From assembly GCA_965552055.1 (NCBI GenBank), contig CBEVQO010000003.1:32001-96000 (forward strand): a stretch of DNA of 64,000 bases, given 5' to 3'. This DNA is from an uncultured bacterium. GTDB lineage: Bacteria > Hydrothermota > UBA3073 > NMUJ01 > CBEVQO01. Position 1 is the stretch's first letter, and the number at the start of each line of letters is the position of its first letter. The notes under the pieces are model-generated. The model did not search any database, was not told the origin of the DNA, and saw only the letters and a program-made list of their open reading frames with translations. Below, one piece after another: positions 47,353 to 57,517 of this stretch. Both the position numbers and the translations under genes were made by a program.

Positions 47353-48166
47353 TTATGTCAAATTTAAAAGGATTTTTATTTATTTCTTTTTAACTGTATT
47401 TGCGATAATAATTCTTTTCCCTTATTACTGGATGTTTATAACTGCTTTTAAACCGCTTGCAGAAGGTCTTACACTTTCTCTGATTCCGCGTCATCCTACA
47501 TTATCGAATTTTATAAGGATTTTAACGAGTTATAATTTTGGCAGATATTTTTTAAATTCTCTGATAGTGGCTGTTTCTGCTGCTACATTTTCCACTTTAT
47601 TTGCCACGCTTGCTGCTTTTGCCTTTGCCAAGCGAGATTTTGTCTTCAAAAATGGTTTATTTGCTCTCTTTTTATCAACATTGATGATACCTGGGTTGAT
47701 GTTCATGATACCTCAGTTTGCCATAGTTTACAAACTTGGCTGGATAAATACTTATAAAGCGATGGTGATACCACATCTTGCAAATGTTTTTGGCTTACTT
47801 TTACTTACCCAATTTATGAAAACGATACCTGATTCTTTGCTGGATGCTGCACGCATTGATGGTGCTTCTCCTTATATGATTTTCTGGAAAATAGTTGTGC
47901 CTCTTTCGCTTCCAATCATTGCCACTGTATTTTTGTTGTCTTTTCAATTTCACTGGAATAATTTCTTATGGCAGTTAATAGTAGCTACAGATGAGAAGAT
48001 GTACACAGTACCTGTGGGTCTTGCTATGTTTCGCAGTGCCCATGAAGAGTTACATACATTGAAGATGGCGGCATCCTGCATCTCAATAATACCAATTGCT
48101 ACTCTTTTCCTTTTCACGCAGCGTTATTTCGTAGAAGGCATACTAAAAGGTGCATTAAAAGGATGA
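47345..48166 (+). CDS. Carbohydrate ABC transporter permease (MalG-like)
   Basis: IPDSLLDAARIDGA, WNNFLW, QRYFVEG motifs. Confidence 0.93.
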   Translation: MVNYVKFKRIFIYFFLTVFAIIILFPYYWMFITAFKPLAEGLTLSLIPRHPTLSNFIRILTSYNFGRYFLNSLIVAVSAATFSTLFATLAAFAFAKRDFVFKNGLFALFLSTLMIPGLMFMIPQFAIVYKLGWINTYKAMVIPHLANVFGLLLLTQFMKTIPDSLLDAARIDGASPYMIFWKIVVPLSLPIIATVFLLSFQFHWNNFLWQLIVATDEKMYTVPVGLAMFRSAHEELHTLKMAASCISIIPIATLFLFTQRYFVEGILKGALKG

Positions 48167-48185
48167 GAGTTATAAGGAGGGGAGT

Positions 48186-49361
48186 ATGAGGTGGTTGTTT
48201 TTAAGTTTATTTTTGTGTGGAGTCAGTTACGGACAATTGAAGATTTGGGTATCCTACAACGATGAGGAATTCGCAGTATTTAAAGAAATAGTAAAGGATT
48301 TCGAACAGAAGACCGGGATAAAAGTAGATGTACAGAGGATACCCTTCGAAGGTCAGGAGCAAAAGATATTAACTGCATGTGCTACACGCTCAACTCCGGA
48401 TATTGCCCGTATTGATTGCGCTTTCCTTGGCAAACTTGCCCTAAAAAATGCAATAGAAGAAATTGATATAGGTGAATTGAAAGATAAACTATTACCTGCT
48501 GCTGTAAAATCTGCGATGATCGGAGAGAAATTATTCGGAGTGCCCGACCAGATAACATTTATTCTACTCTTTTATAATAAAAAATTGTTTAAAGAAGCAG
48601 GTCTTGACCCAGAAAAGCCACCCAAAACATGGGATGAATTTGTAGAATATGCAAAAAAACTTACAAATCCAGAAAAGGGAATTTATGGCTTTGCCATGCG
48701 AAATACATTGTGGTGGACTTTACCGTTTTTCTATTGCTGGGGAGCGGAATTTATAAAGGATAAAAAATGTGTTTTAAATTCAGAAGAAGCAGTTAAAGCA
48801 CTTCAATTCAAAGTTGACCTTTATCAAAAATACAAAGTAGAGCCGGGTGCATGGAAAGCAGGTGCTGTTGACCCTGATATGGGCTTTCAAAATGAAAAAT
48901 ATGCAATGGTTTTGAATGGTCCTTGGAAAATCAAAAGTTTAAAAGAGATGGGGATAGATTTTGGAATAGCAAAGATCCCAGAAGGTCCTGCAGGCAGTTA
49001 TACAGCTATAGGCGGTACTTATATGGTTATATTCCGTGGGACAAAACACAAAAAAGAAGCGGAAGAATTTTTGAAATATCTTGTAAGTAAAGAAGTGCAA
49101 ATAAAATGGGCAAATGAATTGGGACAGGTACCTGTGAATCTTGAAAGTTTTTCTGGTCTTGATATGAAGAAACATCCCTATTTCAGCGTGTTGATTGAGC
49201 AGATGAAGACAGCAAGAGCCCGTCCAATTCTTGAAGATTACTCACAGATTGAAAACATAGCAAATCCTTTGATGGAAGCAGCATTAATGGGTCAAAAATC
49301 AGTAAAAGAAGCCCTCGATGAAATTACAAAAAGAATAAATGAAATCCTGGAAGGGGAATGA
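48186..49361 (+). CDS. Sugar ABC transporter substrate-binding protein
   Basis: Signal peptide; LFYNKKLF, PPKTWDE, NGPW (SBP family 1). Confidence 0.9.
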   Translation: MRWLFLSLFLCGVSYGQLKIWVSYNDEEFAVFKEIVKDFEQKTGIKVDVQRIPFEGQEQKILTACATRSTPDIARIDCAFLGKLALKNAIEEIDIGELKDKLLPAAVKSAMIGEKLFGVPDQITFILLFYNKKLFKEAGLDPEKPPKTWDEFVEYAKKLTNPEKGIYGFAMRNTLWWTLPFFYCWGAEFIKDKKCVLNSEEAVKALQFKVDLYQKYKVEPGAWKAGAVDPDMGFQNEKYAMVLNGPWKIKSLKEMGIDFGIAKIPEGPAGSYTAIGGTYMVIFRGTKHKKEAEEFLKYLVSKEVQIKWANELGQVPVNLESFSGLDMKKHPYFSVLIEQMKTARARPILEDYSQIENIANPLMEAALMGQKSVKEALDEITKRINEILEGE

Positions 49362-49963
49362 AAAGAAATTTTTTAAGAGAAGACGACATAACTAATGAAT
49401 TAGTAGGTGACTATCAAGAATTTGAATTAAAAAGGCCTGAAAAAAATAAAGAATATAAAGAATTCAAATATGATTTATGTGTCAAGTGCAATGGGGAGGT
49501 AGTGGCTTTAATAGAAGCGAAATATAGGAGTAAACCTTACAAGCCAACGACCGACTCTTTAATTTCTTCTTTTATGAAATTACATCGTGAATGGGTGCAT
49601 TCTTTTGGGGCGTCACCTTCGATTAAAATTATATTTTTAATTTACATAAAAGATGAAGAGAATTTGAAAGAAATAACTCCAGAAGCACGAAAGAATTTGT
49701 TTAAAAGATTAAAAGGACTTTTATTTTATTATAGTGAACCAGAAATAATAAACTTACGCATCAAAATTAAAAATGGTGAAATCAAAAATTTAAAAGAGAT
49801 AAAAGAGCATTTAAAAAATGAATTAAAAACGAAATTAAATGGGAAAATAAAACATTTAAAACTCAACTGGATAGGAGCGTTATCTGAACTTAAAAAAGAA
49901 TTCAAATCATCTGTGGATTTACAGCATGCAATTTTAAAATGGTGGGCCGAAAGCGCTTTTTAA
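49358..49963 (+). CDS. PD-(D/E)XK-like domain with DUF2281-like antitoxin tail
   Basis: YDL.....LIEAK; C-terminal NWIGALSELKKEFKSSVDLQHAILKWW; directly upstream of a PIN gene. Confidence 0.55.
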   Translation: MKRNFLREDDITNELVGDYQEFELKRPEKNKEYKEFKYDLCVKCNGEVVALIEAKYRSKPYKPTTDSLISSFMKLHREWVHSFGASPSIKIIFLIYIKDEENLKEITPEARKNLFKRLKGLLFYYSEPEIINLRIKIKNGEIKNLKEIKEHLKNELKTKLNGKIKHLKLNWIGALSELKKEFKSSVDLQHAILKWWAESAF

Positions 49964-50346
49964 TTGATACGAACATTATTTTAGAATTGTTATTAGAATT
50001 TGATAGAACAAATGAAGTAAGGCGATTTTTCGAAATTACTCCATTAAGCGATATTTTTATGAGCGATTTTTCTGTGTACTCCTTAGGAATTCTTCTAACA
50101 AAAAGGAAATATTATGAAGTATTTAAAAAATTCGTGAACGATTTTTTAAAAGAAATTTCTATACTCAGATTAACCCCCAATGAATTAATAGATGTTATTA
50201 AAATTATGAAAAAATATAATCTAGACTTTGACGATGCTTATCAATATACTATCGCTGAAAAATATGATTTGCAGATAATAAGCTTTGATGGAGATTTTGA
50301 CAGGACAGAGAGAGGCAGAAAAGAGCCAAAAGAAGTTATAAAATGA
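49939..50346 (+). CDS. PIN-domain (VapC-like) toxin
   Basis: LIDTNI, LDFDDAYQY, ISFDGDFD motifs. Confidence 0.9.
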   Translation: MVGRKRFLIDTNIILELLLEFDRTNEVRRFFEITPLSDIFMSDFSVYSLGILLTKRKYYEVFKKFVNDFLKEISILRLTPNELIDVIKIMKKYNLDFDDAYQYTIAEKYDLQIISFDGDFDRTERGRKEPKEVIK

Positions 50347-51668
50347 TATTATTTTTAACATTGTCATGGCTTTCCATTTATTATGAAGGAGAGTATTGCA
50401 CTGAAGGTTGGAGAAGCTGGAATATGTGGAATCCCAAAAATCACATCGAATTGAAGATAGGTTCACAAAATATGTTTTTATCATTCATAGGAGAATCAAA
50501 TGCAAACGATATGAGATTCTTTTTCAATCAGGGACATATTGAATTTAGAAGAGAGCAGAGAGGCATAGGTTATCACATTGTATTATTTGCAAGGGAAGAC
50601 AGGCACTGGATTGATTATCCTCTTTTACATCTCGTAAATACAGATAGAATAAAAGATGATGTATGGGGTCCAAAAGCCGAAGGTATAAGAGCAGATGTAT
50701 GGGGCAACTTTTACATGACTTATCTTTTCTCAAGATACAGAGTAACGGAGCAGGGCGATGTGCATATCTTCAAAATCGGTAAAAAATTTATGAAAAAAAA
50801 TTATATCTTCTTATCCAGATTGAGAAAAGACCACGAAATTTATGATATAACATTAAAATTATCACCAAAATACGATTTAAATTGCGAATTCGCTTATAAC
50901 AAAGATTTGAAATCAAAAGCATACGAAATTGAAGTTAGAAATTTAAGGTTTAAAGATTTTTTAAATGCATTTTCTTTTTTCCGTTATGATAAAGATTTTA
51001 GATGTAACATCTCAAACAAATTTAATGCTCTTTTTGATAAAGAATATGGAAGGACAGGGATTTATCACGAAATTGTGTATCTTTTCCCAAATTATGCTAT
51101 CACGGGTGTTTTCAAAGGAAGATATTACAAATCTTATGTAAAATATGGAGAAATAATTGATACTCCCATTTTTTGTAGATGGAATTATTATGAATTGTAT
51201 CTCGAATTCATTTATGATTTTAATTTAAAACTGGCGATTGACGAGACGATTATAGATAGAGATTTGTGGCGACATTTGATATGTGAATGGATAATGGAAA
51301 AAAAACTTTACAGATTGAAATTTCAATATAAATTAAGGAATATGGGAGTGGGTGATACTCTTATTGTGAGTGAAGATACTGTTAAGACGATAGGGCAAAC
51401 CCATCTATTTGGTGCGGAGTTAAGGTTTAATCTTTTGAAGAATTTGTGGTTTTACTGTCGCACAGGTTATGCGCTTGGTCTTTATAAAAAGTGGTGGACT
51501 GGCTTTTTCCAGATAGGTTATCGTCCATCATGGAACACTGAAATTTATTTTGAGTATGGGGACCCATGGCAGACAGATGCTAACATCGTTGATGACTGGG
51601 ATTTCGCAGAGAATCCAAATTGTGCTCTCGTAAAAAGATTTAAAATATTTGTGAAGGCATGGTTCTGA
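50343..51668 (+). CDS. Hypothetical protein, probable outer-membrane beta-barrel
   Basis: Aromatic-rich alternating strands; C-terminal FKIFVKAWF resembles a beta-signal. Confidence 0.6.
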   Translation: MILFLTLSWLSIYYEGEYCTEGWRSWNMWNPKNHIELKIGSQNMFLSFIGESNANDMRFFFNQGHIEFRREQRGIGYHIVLFAREDRHWIDYPLLHLVNTDRIKDDVWGPKAEGIRADVWGNFYMTYLFSRYRVTEQGDVHIFKIGKKFMKKNYIFLSRLRKDHEIYDITLKLSPKYDLNCEFAYNKDLKSKAYEIEVRNLRFKDFLNAFSFFRYDKDFRCNISNKFNALFDKEYGRTGIYHEIVYLFPNYAITGVFKGRYYKSYVKYGEIIDTPIFCRWNYYELYLEFIYDFNLKLAIDETIIDRDLWRHLICEWIMEKKLYRLKFQYKLRNMGVGDTLIVSEDTVKTIGQTHLFGAELRFNLLKNLWFYCRTGYALGLYKKWWTGFFQIGYRPSWNTEIYFEYGDPWQTDANIVDDWDFAENPNCALVKRFKIFVKAWF

Positions 51669-51669
51669 T

Positions 51670-52164
51670 ATGGCTACTTTAAAGGAATTACAAAAAATAG
51701 TTTATGAGATCGCAAAACAAGTCGGTGGTATAGCAAATTCTCTTGGTAAGATATCAGAAGCCCTTGCAGAGCCCGAAATTGAAGAAAATTTTGAGAAAAT
51801 AGGGTTTAAAGTTTTGGGCTATTCTACTAATTTAAAAAGAAAATTAAATGGCAAAGAAAAAGAGATTGATTTACTTTTAAACGCAATGCGTGATGGTACT
51901 GATTATGTCATTGTAATGGAATCAAAAGTTAGGTTCAGGAAAAGAGAAGAAATTGATGAATTCGTTGAGTTTTTGTCAAAAGATTTTAAAAAATTTTTCA
52001 AAGAATATGCGAATTATAGAGTGGTAGGATGCGTTTGTGGGTTAAATTTCGGGACAGGAGTAGCTGAATATGCGATGAAAAAAGGATTATTTGTCATGAA
52101 GCCGAAGAAAGGAATTATGGGAATAGTTAATCCTCGTAATTTTAAATTTAAAGAATATGAGTGA
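51670..52164 (+). CDS. Small PD-(D/E)XK restriction-fold protein
   Basis: LGKISE, EIDLL, VMESK, YAMKKGLFV motifs. Confidence 0.6.
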   Translation: MATLKELQKIVYEIAKQVGGIANSLGKISEALAEPEIEENFEKIGFKVLGYSTNLKRKLNGKEKEIDLLLNAMRDGTDYVIVMESKVRFRKREEIDEFVEFLSKDFKKFFKEYANYRVVGCVCGLNFGTGVAEYAMKKGLFVMKPKKGIMGIVNPRNFKFKEYE

Positions 52165-53794
52165 ATTTTTAATGATATTTTTGATTTCTAAAGTTGTAAG
52201 TGTAGAAGGTGGTGTCAAATTCATTTATGAAGACTCTTATGCCTCGCAGGTTTATCTTGCTGGCAGTTTTAACAACTGGAATCCAACTGCCTTACCCATG
52301 AATCGCACGGACGGAAAATGGGAAGTTATAATAAAACTTCCACCAGGCAGATATGAGTACAAATTTGTAGTGGATGGGGAATGGGTAGCCGACCCCGATA
52401 ATCCCATGCGCACAAAAGAATACGGAAATTCTGTTATAGAAATTGGAGAAGATGGAGAAATTTTACCACCAAAACTATTTGCAGGTACACCTTTAAGCGG
52501 AATATTACTCTTTAAAGGCAAATACAAAGCATATTTTTATTTCAAAAAAGATACAGTATGGGTGTCAAAGACACCATGGCATATCGCATTGCTCAATATG
52601 GAAACAGATGTCGAAAAAGCAAGAATATTTGCACAATTAAAATTTGATTCACATAAAGAAGCGCAGGGAATATTACCAATAACATTATACAAAGGAAGAG
52701 CCACTTTAAAAGGGAAAATCTTTTCCTTAAACGGATTTTACAATCACAAAGAATTGAAAACAGATGACCCCATGACCTTAATCGGTAGGGTAGGTGAATT
52801 TGAAGAAAAATTTGGTAAAGACGAACAGGGAATTTATGGGCTCTGGAATCTTAGAAAATTTGACTTTATGGTATTATATAGTAACAACATAAACACAGAT
52901 AGAGACCTAATCGCAGGACATTTTAAAACACAAAGAGGTGGTTTTCTATATATTCAAGAAAAAGATTTTGATGAAAATGTTTACAAATTCTCAGCATATT
53001 CAAGGATTATAAACTTTGTCTATCAGGGAGTATTTTTCTGGCACAATAAGGATAAAGAGAAATTTTCAAATGGTTTCAAAATAAAGGCAGGACTTGAATT
53101 TAATAATGGAGATTTTTTAATAGATGTGGAAAAGCACAATTACAAAAATTTGAAATTATCGCCAGTTTATACAAGATTTGAAACAGGTTATAAATACAAA
53201 AAAAGAAAATTGAAATTTGCATTCAGGATGATTTATACACATTATGGTATCCCTCAAAATCTACCCTGGAAATATCTCTTTGATTATTTTGAACTTGGCA
53301 GATTAAAATATTATGAATATCCTTTAATAGGCTACAGGGATAATTTATGCTTTAGATTTAATTTGGGCTTTAGATTTAGTAAAACAGAAATTGATGACGA
53401 TTTAAATATCGGGAAATTAGGGGTTTTAAGCGAGCCAAAGACGATAGAAAATATCCTTCGCATTAAATATTATAAGAAAAGATGGATTTTTGGAGCAGAT
53501 TACAGAATCTTCTATATTAAGGATGATTACTGGAAATTGAATAATGTTTTTCAATCACCTTATTTTGAGATAGGGTATAGATTTTCTCCGTTTGCAGCAT
53601 TAAAAATTTGCTATGGTGTTGCCCCATTGAATTATAAAGATGAATATAAAGGCAGACGAGAATTTCTTGAAGATTATGGGGTTACTTATGATAATTTGAG
53701 GGCTGGCTATAAGTGGCTTGGGCAATACATTAAAGATGGTGAGCGAGCGTTATCGCAGAAGATAATAACGATAAAAGGAGAGGTGAAATTCTGA
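52157..53794 (+). CDS. CBM48 (AMPK-beta-like glycogen-binding) domain fused to a probable beta-barrel
   Basis: VYLAGSFNNW..LPPGRYEYKFVVDGEWVADPDNP; strand-rich remainder ending IKGEVKF. Confidence 0.75.
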   Translation: MSEFLMIFLISKVVSVEGGVKFIYEDSYASQVYLAGSFNNWNPTALPMNRTDGKWEVIIKLPPGRYEYKFVVDGEWVADPDNPMRTKEYGNSVIEIGEDGEILPPKLFAGTPLSGILLFKGKYKAYFYFKKDTVWVSKTPWHIALLNMETDVEKARIFAQLKFDSHKEAQGILPITLYKGRATLKGKIFSLNGFYNHKELKTDDPMTLIGRVGEFEEKFGKDEQGIYGLWNLRKFDFMVLYSNNINTDRDLIAGHFKTQRGGFLYIQEKDFDENVYKFSAYSRIINFVYQGVFFWHNKDKEKFSNGFKIKAGLEFNNGDFLIDVEKHNYKNLKLSPVYTRFETGYKYKKRKLKFAFRMIYTHYGIPQNLPWKYLFDYFELGRLKYYEYPLIGYRDNLCFRFNLGFRFSKTEIDDDLNIGKLGVLSEPKTIENILRIKYYKKRWIFGADYRIFYIKDDYWKLNNVFQSPYFEIGYRFSPFAALKICYGVAPLNYKDEYKGRREFLEDYGVTYDNLRAGYKWLGQYIKDGERALSQKIITIKGEVKF

Positions 53795-54189
53795 TGAGAT
53801 ACTTTTTGATGATATTTCTTATATTAACGGGTTGTGCTTTAAATCGCATTTTGAAGCCAAGACTTAAACCGCCTCATAAAGTAAATGGTGGCTATATTTT
53901 TCAATTTTACGCACCTTATGCTCGTATGGTTAATCTGGCAGGTGATTTCAATGGTTGGTGCGGAACGGTGTCAGGACCTTTCAATCCAGAAATTGGCAAA
54001 ATGTATGACGATGGAACACATGGCGATAAAAAGGCAGGTGATGGAATATGGACGATAATAGTGAATTTGAAACCCGGAGTTTATAAGTACAAATTCGTGG
54101 TAGATGGAATGTACTGGTATACTGACCCTAACAATCCTGAAACGATAACTGAGGGAGGCTATACAAATTCAGTTGTGAGGGTGAAATGA
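53794..54189 (+). CDS. CBM48 lipoprotein
   Basis: Lipobox LTGC; LAGDFNGW, DDGTHGD..AGDGIW, YKYKFVVDG..W.TDPNNP motifs. Confidence 0.85.
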   Translation: MRYFLMIFLILTGCALNRILKPRLKPPHKVNGGYIFQFYAPYARMVNLAGDFNGWCGTVSGPFNPEIGKMYDDGTHGDKKAGDGIWTIIVNLKPGVYKYKFVVDGMYWYTDPNNPETITEGGYTNSVVRVK

Positions 54190-55229
54190 AATATAAATGG
54201 TTTTACAGTGTAGCGGCGTTTATTTTCTTTATAAGTTGTCAACATAATCCTGAAAAACCTTATCTCACACCCTACACGATTCATTTACTTGGTAATTTCA
54301 ACAACTGGGATATTGAAGATTTTGAAGGCACGATGATGGAATATAAAGGCGGGCATTTGTGGGAAAAAGAGGTGAAATTTGATTCAGCGATGCATATTGA
54401 ATTCAAATTTGTGATAAATGGAAGCTGGGAGCCTTACAGTTTTGGTGGGCCACCTGGTTCATCGCAGTATGGTGCAGCAGGTGTATGTACACTTGCTTCA
54501 AACAGCTCAAATCTAACATGGGACATTCCTGTTGCTGGTACTTATAAATTTTTGTTTAATGACTCAACTTATTATTACGAAATAAGATCGGCATTCTTTA
54601 TGATTGATGGCAATATGGCAGATTGGGACTCGACTTCAAAAGTTTGTGAAAATACAAAAAATCCCTGGGCACAGTTTGATTTAAAAAGTGGCTGGATAAC
54701 ATGGGATAGTGCCAATTTATATCTCGGCGCCGTCGGTAGCTGTCCTTCAGAAAGCGACCCCAATGCTTTCCGCATTTTCATTGATGTTGATTATGGTGCA
54801 AAAACAGGTGAAAGGGACTTTACAAATACAAATTATGGACTTTATGGTACGGATTTGGAAGTTACAGATACTCTGTTTGGTGCAGATTTTGAAGTATTTT
54901 ATGCAAGCTGGGGTGAAAGCCATTTTGTTTCGCTTGATGCTGCAAATGATGTTGCAACAGAAATGGATAAGGATGTGGAAATTGCTTATGCAGAAGGTGG
55001 AGAATTAACAGGTTTAGAGGTCAAAATTCCATGGCAGAAGTTTTTTGGCACGGTCCCTGATAGCGTAAAGATAGGCATTTTGTGGGTGCTTACAAATGCC
55101 AAAACAGATGATTATTATTCCAGTGATGATCAACTACCAGAGCGTCAAGCTGGTAATTACGATGAAACAACAGGGCACCTCGTTCAAGACAGGGTTTACA
55201 CTACGGTGATAAAAATAAAGCAAAAATGA
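54186..55229 (+). CDS. Lipoprotein with starch-binding (SusE/F- or X25-like) and DOMON-like domains
   Basis: Lipobox FISC; GNFNNWD, EFKFVINGSW, GTYKFLFND; IDGNMADW, LYLG, LEVKIPW motifs. Confidence 0.65.
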   Translation: MKYKWFYSVAAFIFFISCQHNPEKPYLTPYTIHLLGNFNNWDIEDFEGTMMEYKGGHLWEKEVKFDSAMHIEFKFVINGSWEPYSFGGPPGSSQYGAAGVCTLASNSSNLTWDIPVAGTYKFLFNDSTYYYEIRSAFFMIDGNMADWDSTSKVCENTKNPWAQFDLKSGWITWDSANLYLGAVGSCPSESDPNAFRIFIDVDYGAKTGERDFTNTNYGLYGTDLEVTDTLFGADFEVFYASWGESHFVSLDAANDVATEMDKDVEIAYAEGGELTGLEVKIPWQKFFGTVPDSVKIGILWVLTNAKTDDYYSSDDQLPERQAGNYDETTGHLVQDRVYTTVIKIKQK

Positions 55230-57517
55230 CACTATTAATCATCGCGATGCTAAAAATTAATCCCATTCCAACTTTATATTTGAATATCGGAGAGTCAGCA
55301 GAGATAAGGTTATCACCTTATATTTTGAGTACTTCAAAGATTTCTATATCCTCTGTTAAAATTTTGGGTAAAGATACAAAAAATTTTGAGATTTTTAATG
55401 TTGAAGATAGGATTTTTTTAAGACCCGCTAAAAAAATCAAAGGTATTTTGTTTTTAAGCTTTGAAGTTAAAAATGTAGAAGGTGAAATAGCCAAAGGTGT
55501 AGTTCCCATCGTTTACAGGGAGGAACATAAAGTTAAATTTATTTATCATGGTAAACCAGGAGAAGAAGTTTATCTTGCAGGTGAGTTTAACAATTGGAAT
55601 CCTAAATCATTGAAAATGGAGGATAAAGGGGGAGGTATTTATGTTGTAGAGTTATCGCTTCCTCCAGGCAGATATCAGTATAAATTTGTTGTAAATGGAA
55701 ACTGGATAAGAGATGAGAAAAATCCTTTAACAGCACCGGATGGTTTTGGAGGATTAAATTCTGTAATTGAAGTGAAAGGAAAAGAGTTTAACATAATTCC
55801 AGATAAACTTAAAAAGGAAGAAAATAAAATAAGCTTTAGTGTGGAATTTGAAGGTAAGATAAAAGATGTATATCTTGTGATGGACAACAAAGTTCTTCCT
55901 AAATGCTGGAAAATTAAAGGAAAAAAGATAACTTTTGAAGTGAAAAATGTTGAAAAGGGTGAGCACTGGTTTAGATTATTTGTTGGAGATGGTGATAATT
56001 TCTCAGAATTATTTTTTAAAGAATACATTGGAATACCCACAAAATTTGACTGGCGTGATGCTATAATTTATTACATTGTAGTAGATAGGTTTTGCAATGG
56101 AGATAAAGAAAATGATAAACCAATAAATGATCCAGAATTATCGTGGAAGTGCAACTTTCAAGGCGGTGATTTTGAGGGTATAATTCAAAAGTTAAAAGAG
56201 GGTTACTTTAATAAACTTGGCATAAATTGCATCTGGTTGTCACCTGTCTACAAAGCACCTGATAAAGCGTATAAAGAGAGTTTTCCGCCATATCGCAAAT
56301 ACTCTGGGTATCATGGATACTGGCCTGTAAGCCCTACAGAGGTTGAACCACGTTTTGGCGGTGCAAAAAGATTGAAAGAATTGATAAATCTTGCACATAA
56401 AAAAGGGATTAAAATAATGTTTGATCTTGTCTTAAACCATGTACATATTGAACATCCTTGGTATAAAAATCATAAAGATTGGTTTACGCCACTTTATCTT
56501 CCTGATGGGAGGAAAAATTTAAGGCTTTTTGATGAATTTCCTTTAACAACTTGGTTTGATGAGTTTGTGCCTTCATTTGATTTCAGTAAAAAAGAAGTTA
56601 TTGATACTGTTTGTGAGAATGCAATATGGTGGCTTCGTGAATTTGATGTTGATGCAGTGCGTCTTGATGCTGTGAAACATATCCCTCATAATTTTTGGCG
56701 TGAGTTTAGAAGAAGGATAAAAGAAGAAATTGAAATACCTTATAACAAAGAGATTTATTTATTAGGTGAAACAATCTGGAGTAGGGAGAAGATAAAAGAA
56801 TATGTGAATCCAGAAGAATTAACGGGGCAATTTGATTATCCTTTGTACTGGGTGATAAGGGATGTTTTTGCGTTTAATCGCAGGGACTTCCGAGAGCTTG
56901 AGCATGAGCTTTTGCAATCTGAGAGGATTTACGGCGATGCTATAATGTCGCCGTTCCTCGGAAATCAGGATTTTGCGCGATTTATCTCATACATTGAAGG
57001 GCTAAGTGGAGATGAAAAAGAAATAGGTTGGCACAATCCTCCCGAAGTTAAAGATACTCTGAGCTATAAGAAGTTGCAATTGGCATTTGCATTTTTGATG
57101 ACATTGAAAGGAGCTCCTTTGATTTTTTATGGCGATGAGATTGGAATGCCGGGTGCAGGCGACCCGGATAACAGAAGATTTATGAGATTCGGAGACAAAT
57201 TGAAGAAAGAGGAAAAGGAAACCTTTGAGGTTATAAGCAAATTATGTCATTTTAGACGAAAACATCCTGCTTTAAGGTATGGTGTACGTCGCACACTTTA
57301 TATCGATGATGATTTTTGGGTTTATGAATTAAAATATTTCAACGATGATGTGCTTGTTCTTTTAAATAGAGGGAGAGATGAAAGAGAGTATGAACTTAAA
57401 GGTGATTGGCTCAACGAATTTACAGGTGAAAAAATAAGCAGTAAGGTAAAAGTTTCTCCTTTTTCCTTTGTATATTTAACAAAAATCAACAATGATAAAC
57501 TTGACTTTCAAAAATAA
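55226..57517 (+). CDS. GH13 alpha-amylase/neopullulanase-like enzyme with CBM48
   Basis: CBM48; DRFCNGD, GGDFEG, YHGYW, DLVLNH, RLDAVKH, LGET, NQD, YGDEIG motifs. Confidence 0.93.
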   Translation: MTLLIIAMLKINPIPTLYLNIGESAEIRLSPYILSTSKISISSVKILGKDTKNFEIFNVEDRIFLRPAKKIKGILFLSFEVKNVEGEIAKGVVPIVYREEHKVKFIYHGKPGEEVYLAGEFNNWNPKSLKMEDKGGGIYVVELSLPPGRYQYKFVVNGNWIRDEKNPLTAPDGFGGLNSVIEVKGKEFNIIPDKLKKEENKISFSVEFEGKIKDVYLVMDNKVLPKCWKIKGKKITFEVKNVEKGEHWFRLFVGDGDNFSELFFKEYIGIPTKFDWRDAIIYYIVVDRFCNGDKENDKPINDPELSWKCNFQGGDFEGIIQKLKEGYFNKLGINCIWLSPVYKAPDKAYKESFPPYRKYSGYHGYWPVSPTEVEPRFGGAKRLKELINLAHKKGIKIMFDLVLNHVHIEHPWYKNHKDWFTPLYLPDGRKNLRLFDEFPLTTWFDEFVPSFDFSKKEVIDTVCENAIWWLREFDVDAVRLDAVKHIPHNFWREFRRRIKEEIEIPYNKEIYLLGETIWSREKIKEYVNPEELTGQFDYPLYWVIRDVFAFNRRDFRELEHELLQSERIYGDAIMSPFLGNQDFARFISYIEGLSGDEKEIGWHNPPEVKDTLSYKKLQLAFAFLMTLKGAPLIFYGDEIGMPGAGDPDNRRFMRFGDKLKKEEKETFEVISKLCHFRRKHPALRYGVRRTLYIDDDFWVYELKYFNDDVLVLLNRGRDEREYELKGDWLNEFTGEKISSKVKVSPFSFVYLTKINNDKLDFQK

